Positions 22,429-32,300 of a stretch of DNA of 64,000 nt are shown piece after piece. The stretch's first letter is position 1. Each line of letters begins with the position of its first letter. Location of the stretch: contig OU015567.1 of assembly GCA_907165135.1 (NCBI GenBank), forward strand, positions 10,788,001-10,852,000, read 5' to 3'. Source of the stretch: Oikopleura dioica. Taxonomy: Eukaryota > Animalia > Chordata. A program made the translations under genes and the position numbers. A model generated the notes under the pieces. That model had not been told where the DNA came from and searched no databases. It was given only the letters and a program-made list of their open reading frames with translations.

Positions 22429-25171
22429 ATGACTCGTGTCTTGAAGCAAGGCGAATACACCTCAACTGTGTACAAGTTGATTGCTGATGGCGACTACAAA
22501 GAGGCGGCTAACATTCTCGAGACAGAAATGAAGCGATCTGGACAAGAATCTCGAGCTGCTCTTTCATTGATTGGTGAGTCGCTGTTAATCTCAAAAATTT
22601 ATGACTCTCGATGGGTTCATATTATTTGCACAAACAGTGCGTAATTTATCTTGTAGCCACATGCAAATATCATATGGCAGCAGTACCCGAGCAGTTTGAG
22701 TCCGCCGCGGGCGTGTACTACAGACTTATCCAGCTGTGTCCCGATAATGATGACTACAAGTTTGACCTTGCCATGTGTCTCTACAAAGCGTGCAAGTATG
22801 ACGAAGCCATGAAAGCTTCGTTCGCTGTCCAGTCCCCTAAGTTCTCAGGACGAGTCCAGCAGCTTCAAGCGGCGATAAAGTACATGGAAGATGATCTACC
22901 CGCCGCCCAGGGGTGTGCATTCGGCTCTCGGGCATTCGGCTGCCCGACAAATTTTTCGGGCAAATCAGGTTCGGCTCGGCTCTCGGTCGGCCGGTGACCT
23001 GAAATTCTCTCGGGCAGGTTCGGGCAGGCTCGGGCATTCGGGCAATTCGGCCCAATCTTCGGGCAACCGGGCACCCGGCCAAAGTTAGAGAGTAAGAAAG
23101 AATTTTACAGAGATCTGTGCTTGATTCTTCGACTGATATCTACCAATAACCATATAAATTGATAACCCAAAATTTTGCCATCAGAAATTTGGCCGATTTT
23201 CCTCAAAATCGGTTGTTTTTTGAGCTCAGATTTATATTAATTTTCCGAAAATCATTGCCCGAAATGCCCGAAAATTAGCCCAAATTGCCCGAGCCGAAAG
23301 TTGAGCCGAAGCCGATTCGGGCACTTCGGGCACCTCGGCTCGGCTCGGCTTTCGGCCGGCCCAACACTGATTTTTTCGTTTCGGCTCGGCCCTCGGTCGG
23401 CCCGACACCCGATTTCAGGCCGAATGCACACCCCTGCCGCCGCCAAGAGTTTGATCGAGAAGCAGGGCGAAGATAGCTGCGAAGCCGTCGTGAATCAAGG
23501 TTGTATTTTATATAAAGAAGGCTACTACTCGGAAGCGATCGAAAAATTCCAACAAGCGATTCAATTAGAAGGCGTCAAGGCCCACCTGAGCTACAACATC
23601 GCGCTCTGCTATTTCAACATGAAGCAATACTCTCACGCTCTCAAGAATATCGCTGAAATCATCGAACGCGGCATAAAAGACCACCCTGAACTCTCTGTTG
23701 GTCTTGCTACGGAAGGAATCGACGTCAGGAGTGTGGGAAACACGGCGATCTTGCACGAGACCTCACTAGTTGAAGCGTTTAATCTGAAGGCGGCGGTAGA
23801 GTACAACATGGGCCCAGCGAACATCGACGCCGCAGCTGAAGCACTTACAGATATGCCTCCGAGAGCAGAGGAAGAACTTGATCCAGTTACGCTTCATAAT
23901 TCTGGTATGCTCATTCAATTCGTTTGCGCTCCATATTTATTCTTCAGCTCTCATCAACATGGAAGAAGAACCATCTGAAGGCTTTGAAAAGCTGCAGCAC
24001 TTACTTGCTTCTGGCGTTGCCCCTCCAATGACCTTCCCAAATCTGATCATTCTCTATCTCAAGTTTGGCTACTATAGTCTTGCCGCAGATACCCTCGCGG
24101 AGAATCCGGACTTAGTGACAAAATTTATGGATCGCTTTCAACAAGAGTTTGTTCATGCCGTCATTATGGTTGAGCAGAGCCCCGATGAAGCATACAAGCG
24201 TCTTGAACAAATGGCATCAAGGTAATTTTCAAGTCAGTTGTACCCGAATTTAATTCTCTCTTTGTAGACAAACTGACAATCTTCGAAAATACCTGAAGAC
24301 AATTCAGGAAGCTCAAAAATCTGACGATAAGCATGCATTGAAGAAAGCTGTCCACGCATACGATGACGAGCTAGACCGATTTATTCCAGTGCTTATGCAG
24401 CAAGCGAAGATCTATTGGGACAAAGAAAACTACGACCAAGTGGAGAAGATCTTCCGAAAGTCCGTCGAGTTCGGAAATGAAAACGACACATGGAAACTCA
24501 ACGTGGCGCATGTTCTGTTTATGCAAGAAAACGGTCAAAACTCAAGTCCTCATAAATACAAAGAAGCTGCTGGTTTTTACGAGCCAATCGTCAAAAAGGA
24601 GAATCAGAGCATCCTCAACGTAGAAGCGGTTGTTTTGGCCAACTTGTGCGTCTCGTACATCATGACATCGCAAAATGAAGAAGCAGAAGAGCTCATGCGA
24701 CAAATCGAAAAAGAAGAAGAACAGCTTGCTTACGAATTTCCAGAGAAGAAGGTGTACCACTTATGCATCGTCAACCTCGTAATTGGCACACTCTACTGCT
24801 CTAAAGGAAACTACGAATTCGGCATATCGCGAGTCATCAAAAGTCTTGAGCCTTTCCAGAAGAAACTGGGCACAGATACCTGGTTTTATGTGAAACGATG
24901 CTTCTTGAGCTTGCTGGAGGCAATGTCCAAGCAACTGGCGCTTCTTCCAGACAACATTCTCTTCGAGAGCTTGGACTTTTGGAAATCTGTGAACAGTTCG
25001 GTCGAGGTAATTTTCTAGACGGTCGTTTCAGTTTTCTAAACTCCATTCTCAGAGATCAAAGCACGTGATGTGGACCCATTGAGCACCGAGGCTAGAGATG
25101 CGCGGAACACCGTCGCCTTCGAATCGCGAATGCTCAAATGCCAGCTTCTTCGACTCATGGGATGGCCTTGA
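22429..25171 (+). CDS. TTC30: Intraflagellar transport protein 70 / TTC30 (TPR protein); exon interrupted by a TIR element at 22908-23436
   Basis: GEYTSTVYKLI, AMCLYKACKYDEAMK, LQAAIKYMEDDL, LSYNIALCY, ALKNIAEIIERGIKDHPELSVG, LVEAFNLKAAVEY, DMPPRAEEELDPVTLHN, ENDTWKLNVAHVLFMQE, HLCIVNLVIGTLYCSKGNYEFGISRVIKSLEP, LGTDTWFYVKRC. One apparent -1 slip in a T-run at ~24980. Confidence 0.95.
22908..23436. mobile_element. Non-autonomous hAT-type MITE (529 bp) inserted in a TTC30 coding exon
   Basis: 18-bp perfect TIR CAGGGGTGTGCATTCGGC (22908-22925 / 23419-23436), 8-bp TSD CCGCCGCC (22900-22907 / 23437-23444), subterminal TCGGGC/GCCCGA/CGGCTC repeats and an AT-rich core. Confidence 0.93.
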
Positions 25172-25489
25172 AGTTGCACGTTTTTGTTATTTCTTTTGTG
25201 TGTTATGAGCGATACCATTTTCTTCACGACTGTTGATTCTATTTTTATACTTTTGAATATTTATTTAGTTTTATATCGTAATCCATCTCTAACTCTCAAT
25301 TCTCTTTATAGAACATTGAAGCGGACATAGCTCAAATCTAGTCTCGTCATACGAATCGCGCCCCAGTTAAACTCATTTATCGCGCATTTATTCGATTCGT
25401 GGGATCAGTGACCAACTTTCAAAATCTTCAACATCTATCAGCTCTATCACTCAAACAACTAACTCAGACGACAAACCAACACAGCAATC

Positions 25490-27284
25490 ATGTCACAGAT
25501 GGAAGTATCAGTCGTAACTAGGGAACCTAGTTCGTCTCAGGTGTCTGAGCCAATGGATACTACAGGTAAGCGTTTTTGATTGCAATGAGAATCATTTATC
25601 CATCTCCATTTAACCTTCACTTACCGCCAGTTATTTAATTCTTATTGAAATTACTCATTTTTCATCAAGCATTACAAAGGCTTTTCGAAAGCAAGATGTC
25701 TTTGACTGATTCTACGCATTCTCACTCCAATCAAGTTAAAATGAACAAACATTCTGAAGGCTCACATTCAGCTCCTCTTCAAGCTAAAGTATTTGGCCAG
25801 ACATCGACCAATGCGCCAAGGGCGGCGCTGGGCAATATCACTAATAATGTGAAAACCACGACGAGAGAAGCTTTGAAGCCTCTCAAAGCAGTTCAACCGA
25901 CGAATAGAGTGCAGGTCTACAAGGTTAGACATCAGTCGAAAGAACAGTCGCATAAATATTTTTCAGGATGTCGATTCAAAGCCAACTGTTGGCCCAAAAG
26001 AGACAGCTCCTTCTGTTCCTGCTCCGAAAGAAACTGTAAGCGAACTCTCTCTTTTTGCCCCTCGAACAAGTATTTTAGGTTCATGAGTCGCCCATGGTCC
26101 CCTCTGAGATCTCTTCAATCCACTCGAGCCCGAGAACATCGAGGAGGTGTCAGATCGTCATCCCGAACTTAGGTGAGAAATCCTGATAAATTTTGAGCGA
26201 AATAACATTGTTTCCTTTTTCCAGATGACAAATCAACGAGCCCATCCATGTGCGCCGAGTACGCACAAGAGATCGACGCTCATCTCCGAGAAGCAGAATT
26301 GCGAACGCGCCCCAAGCCTCATTATATGCGAAAGCAGAATGACTTGGATGCCCGAATGCGATCGATTCTCGTTGACTGGATGATGGAGGTAATATCATTC
26401 AATTTTATACATCAAGTCTACTTTTTAATTAGGTTGCTCAAGAATATCGCATGGTTGATGAGACCATCTACCTGGCCGTCAACTACATGGACCGATTCTT
26501 GAGCCAAATGTCAGTTCTTCGCGGAAAGCTCCAACTCGTTGGAACTGCCGCCATGCTGATTTCTAGGTTCGTCTATTCTTGAATCAATAAGCTAATTTTT
26601 CTCTAGTAAATTTGAAGAGATTTACGCCCCGGAAGTCAGTGAATTCGTCTATATTACGGACGATACTTACACGAGGCAACAAGTTCTAAAAATGGAGAAC
26701 CTCATGATCAAGGTAATGATTTATTTGTATTTTAACTTCAAGTATTCATTAGACTCTTGGTTTCGATCTTTGCGCGGTTACTCCACTCGACTACCTCAAC
26801 CGATTCATTCGGGCTCTCCAGACTACCGACCCGCAAGTCAGCAAACTCGCCCGATTCCTTTCGTAAGTTCTTGGACTCTCGACGCAGTCAAATTATTCAT
26901 CTGTTAGTGACGTAGCTCTGATCGACTACAAAATGGTGCAGTACACACCTAGCTTGATCGCTACAGCGGCCTGCGTGTACTCCAACTACATTCTCCACGG
27001 AAAAGGATGGGACGACTCAATCGAGCACTACTCTGGCTACACTTGGGCTCAGGTTCTTCCATGCCTGAGAGACCTCCAGAAGGCCCACGAAGACCAGATC
27101 CTACACCCAAGCGCGACATGCCTCGAGAAACACAACGGTAAGATCGCCTTTTTTGTTCCATCATTGATGATTATTTTTAGGTGTCTCAAACATTGCCCCA
27201 AAGTCTGGAGAGCCTCCAAATACCGCTACAGTTGACTGTGGCTCTACCTCCTCCAGTTTAAATATTACGACCGACAGCTTATAA
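25490..27284 (+). CDS. CCNA: Cyclin A; multi-exon
   Basis: D-box RAALGNITN; cyclin box [11 protein letters not shown]|[44 protein letters not shown]|[31 protein letters not shown]; second cyclin fold [10 protein letters not shown]. Confidence 0.95.
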
Positions 27285-29082
27285 AAGCAGTTTCCAATTA
27301 ACGAGCCAAGGTTATATACTCATTCTTTATATTTCCGTGATTTATGTATATACTCTGAAAACTCACACAAAAATGTTCCGAGAACTCAAGCTTGACCTAC
27401 TGTTATCCACCTGTGTTTTAGAGAAATAATGTACCCCAAAAAGTTTTCACCTCAAAATACCCCAAAAACCAGACCAATCTAAGACTTCAGTCATTCCACA
27501 TATTCCGTAATATTTTTTCTTTAGATCATTCTCAATTTGATGCTAAATTATTCCCCCATTTTTCGCCTTTAAAATTCGATTTACTTTTTCCATTCCACTT
27601 GATGAGCGCTTCAGATCTTCACAAGATTGTCTGCAGCTCACAATAGACCAGCAAGGATTAGGCGTTGTCGTAAGCCGTTTTTATTCGCGCTAATTAGAGT
27701 AAAGACTCCTTACGACTGCCTGTGCGACTTCACAAAACTCTAGAATTCCAGGAGCGGCGCTTGTCCTGCCTCCAAATTATCTGCAACTGCTCTTGTACAA
27801 AATTTTACAATTTCTTTTTCAATCCTCTTTTTGTGACAGTTACTGCCTTCCAACTTTCTAATTCTCCCCTAACTTTAAATCTTTCCCAGATTGGGATTTA
27901 ATACCCTCCCCTCTTACCCCTGTTCCTCATTTTTCCGTATTTCTTTGTACCTTGATCAGAAAACCAATAAATGCAAAGAGATTTTCTCGAAATAAAAAAT
28001 ACAAAAATGAGTACTCATTGTTGTTGTCAAAGTTGAGCGTCAACTTTATTTTTGGACGCAGTTTGAAGGTTTTATTATCATAGCGAACTTGACCGTTTAT
28101 GACTCGTTAGGCGACCTTTTATGACGTCTCTTTGCCTCTCTGTGTCTATCAATATTCAGCTAAAATTAGCGAAACAATAGCTCCTTCGATATTCCATTCT
28201 TTTCAATTTTTTCCGTGTTGGAAAGTGAGAGAAAACGAAAATTTAACAGTCGCTTAACTTTAGACGAAAAGAATAACTGTAGATAATGGTCGCGTGATGA
28301 CCTTAATTAAAGGCGTATCAACCTCACATTTTTGTGAGTAGCGGGCGTCCAGGCTCGAGGGTTCTCTATTCTCCCTAGAAGCGACCTGCAGCGAGCTAGA
28401 TTTCACGCCCAATTACCTCCACAATCATCGAAAATATAACAAAACCCACCTCAAATCTACCACTTTGAATTAAACATTAGCAGTGAGTAAAGAAAACTCA
28501 AATGATGAGTTGAGAAATTCAATACTCAGCGTATTATTCACCTGGGCCGGATCAATCAGTCCCAAGAAGAATAGAGCCCAAATTTCAAGAGCAAATAGAG
28601 AATTTTCTCAGTATTGTGTTACAAAATCCAACTTCTTTGGAAGAGAGACTGATCTTTTATCACTAGAGAAACCAGGAAAAAAGACGTTTTTGGAAAGCAA
28701 CAAAGCAGTAAAAGTCCGTCTCAAAGTCCGATTACTTTTCCTTTTATTCGTTCCCAGACTATTCCAATTTTACACGAGTAATTGAAATGATGAGAATACT
28801 TAATTCAGGCCTTTCGCTTTATATTATGCATAGAGATAACTGTCATAAGGCCTTCATCCTTACTGAATTATTGATCTAATGATAGTCCGAAAAGACAGAA
28901 GAAGCCGTCGGCGTCAAGTATCAATTTAAGAGATATTTTTGACCAGATAGAATCAATGCTGTTCGTGTCATAAATAGTTGCGGCAGGCATCGTTTAAATA
29001 AATCAAAGTATCTAACTCCTTTAATTTCGGCACCTGTGGCATAATTAGAGCTTTGAAATTAGCCTGTCGGTCCTATTCCAAA

Positions 29083-29089
29083 TATAAAA
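29083..29089 (+). promoter_or_regulatory. Possible TATA box upstream of the epsin-like gene
   Basis: TATAAAA about 285 nt upstream of the proposed ATG at 29369. Confidence 0.3.
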
Positions 29090-29368
29090 GGACTCTTCCT
29101 CTCTTTAAAAATGACACCTATTTGAAAACGAGCCTTTCATTTTCTCCTCTTGCCGCGAAACAACTGCCAACTCGGATATAAATAACTTACTCGATTTTCT
29201 CAGTTCAGATAAATCGGAAAAATTGCTCACGTGAACTTGATCCTTTTCACCTTTGAGCGTGTTGAGTCGAATCAGTGACGTAAAGCTCGATATATTGGGA
29301 ACAAAGAGCTGCTGTATATATATTTTGGGACTGAGTAAAGCAACAGCAGATAACAAGAGAACATCTCA

Positions 29369-32300
29369 ATGGAAAAGCTTCAAGGTTGGTTTAAAATTCT
29401 TTCACCCGATAAAGTCAATAATTAAATTAGCTCTTGGCCGGGAAATCCGCTATGTCGAGTACAAATTACGACGACAGAAGCAAGAGAAAAAGAAGATGAA
29501 ACAAGCGCAAAAAGATTTCACATATGGAACCAACTCGATGTATGAGCCTAATAATGGTGGCGGAAGAACAACTACGGTATCAATATCAGTAGGGTTCGCG
29601 CCCAAAAATCAAGTGCCCGAAATACTTATTCTATCTTTCTGAATTTTAGATATATGATAGATAAGGGCAAATAAAGTATAAATTGTTTTAAAATTTATCA
29701 AAATTTAAGAGGGTTGAAGAGAAAATAAGCCCCAAAAATGCCAAAAATGGGTTGACCATGTTAGTCAGCCCAAAATTAAAAATTTCAAAAAATGGTATGA
29801 TCAGTAGAGGTTTCTGATCATTTTTTGATAAAAAAATTTTGGGAAGCATCTACGGTTTCCCTAGAATTTACAAAAAACTGCCTTTTTTTGGCAATGTTTT
29901 TCTGTTACGTGATCATGCGCGCGCACGCGTAACCGCGCGTGATGGGGGTGGCCACGTAAAATTCCAATCAATTTTGCCGGAAAATTTTAATTCTTCTTTT
30001 TAACATAATTAATAAATAATTAATAATTTAAATAATAAAACTATAATAAATATGAGCTCATAATACTTTTATTAATCATAAATAATTATAAATTGAAAAA
30101 TTTTCTCTTTTTATCTTTGAGAAACCTAAAAGATCCTCTAGATTTTTAAAAGATCACCTTACGTAGGTCCACCGCTTAAAAATCGCTCTATTTTTTTTAA
30201 AAGCCCTCTTTTTTTTTAAAAAAATGAGAATTACTGTTACGAAGGAGACATTTTGGGGACGGCATGGAAAGAAGATCGCCAATATTCTTGGCATGCTAGC
30301 TTTTATGTTTGGCTACGCATCAGGTAACTTTTTGAGATCAAGGGATCCCCCCTGTTTTTTCAACTCTTTATCACGGGTAATACATTAAAATCACTTCTTC
30401 GGACCAAAATCCTGACCCCAATGTTTTTCGTTCTTATCTTGTAGCGCAGTTTCTGGGGAGTCGAATAATATAATTTTTATGGGTCGGTAATACTATATTA
30501 TATCGGGTTCTAGAGCTATAAGTACGTGAAAATAACAAGTACTGAAGCCTCAGAACTCTGAAACTTTCTTTTTAAAGTATAGTGAATTTGGGCTCTTTCG
30601 AAAGCCCAGCTCAAACTGTGGTTGGGCAGACTATGCATGACGTAAAATTTTGTGAAAAAAATTTTGAGTGGAAAGTTTTTTGGCTCAAAAAATTTTTCTG
30701 TTGAGAATTATCGGCTGCCCACCAACTGCCCAACCACAGTTTGAGCCGGGCTTTCCAATGATACCCATTTGTCCATACTTTCTTTAAAAATTTTCGGAGA
30801 TACAGGGCTTCACTAGAATTTTTCAATAGGGGCGCCTATGACGTCATTAATGATGACTCAGACCCTGAAAGGTATATGAATCGACTCCTCAGGAGCTGCC
30901 CTTTCGAATGAGAATAAGAAAGATGGAGGATAGAATTTTTTCCGAAGAAGTGATTTTCATGTATCGGGTCTCTTTATGGCATATTTAGATTCTTGCCCTC
31001 AAAAGTCGTAAAAATGCATATTAATTGAACTTTGCGTAAAAATCGCATTTTTTCCACTTTTCAATATCAACGACAAAAGACAAAAAAGGGGGTCTATCGA
31101 TAGCTTAGAATGCAACGAGAAAGAATATGACGACCGCACTAGAATTTCTGGCCATATATTGGCGGTAGAGAGCAAATTAAAGCCAGAAAAGGGCCAAAAA
31201 AGCATCAAAAATTTTTCTCAGGCAAAATAATTTATCCCAAATGGGCTGAATTTCCAGTCAAAATTGGAAAAAACGGAAAGGGGGTGATCCCTCAAAGAAT
31301 CGCCTGTTATAAGACATAAAACAACTATGATCATATCGACCGGGGGATCCTTAACTCGTAATTATGGTGAAGATTTAAATTATATTTGTAGGATTTCTCC
31401 ATGCATTCTTCATGAAGAAGAAAGAAGAAATCGAATTTCAGAAGATAATAGATAATCTGGTAAGTTCGAGATTAACGAAGTGATACCCTTAAAATTTTAT
31501 CTTTATTAACAGTAGCTTATGCCAGCAAAACACAAAAGCTCGTCTCTCGGACATTCTTGAATAAGTAAACATGGGAATTTTTTGTCCAACAAAATCTGTC
31601 TCTCATACTTTGCAACGAAATCAAAAATTTGAGAAAGAGTCTTTGAGACGGAAAAAACAAATGAATTATTACGATCATTATGTAATATTATCTTGTTTAA
31701 TGATAGAAGCTCAATACAAGAGCTTCATTCCATGAGTTATTTTTCGAGAAAATGATACACAATTTAATTTTATTTTTTTCTACGCTTGTCACAGGAAAAT
31801 GGACAAGAGAATCTTTTGATTAGGTCACGAGATAATACTGCTTTACAGAGGTTTAATTATTATTATCTTTCAAAAGATTTGACTGCGCGGTCGCCAAATT
31901 ATGAGAACGAAAGTCTTGAAAGTTCGCTTCGACATATACAGCGTTTTAATCGTAAATTAACGACGAGTAAAACATATTGTCACAGTGCTGTTTTTATGAC
32001 TATTCGGCTCCCAAACCCTTATGTTCGAGATGAATGGACTTACCTGCGGAATGTTATTGGAAGTAAAGTTGTTCTCAGTCGCTTAGCCTATAATTATTGA
32101 CACTCCCACTGATTACAAAAAAGAGCTAAAATTGAAATTCTTGCGCCGCAATGCCATGATAAAATTTCAAATGTCGGAAATTATGACTTGGACAATGATG
32201 CCGGAGTTGTTTTTAATTATATTTTAAGGGAAACAGGGGTTAACTTAAAATTTGAAGTTTTCTTAAGCTAACCCTCAAAGGGATCAAGAGATACCAGATT

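Noticed and set aside
22837-23476. Several Arg/Pro/Gly-rich ORFs on both strands
   Set aside because: They derive from the GC-rich subterminal repeats of the MITE in TTC30.
24977-24980. Frameshift near the end of TTC30, suggesting pseudogenisation or programmed frameshifting
   Set aside because: One missing T in a homopolymer restores LDFLEICEQFGR. Similar slips occur in an A-run in PAXIP1 (~5303) and near 52580 in ALS2, so long-read homopolymer error is the simpler explanation; check against short reads.
28483-29356. ORFs upstream of the epsin-like gene as ENTH-coding exons
   Set aside because: No ENTH motifs were found on the + strand. The KDQVHV similarity in ORF 29105-29356 is on the wrong strand.
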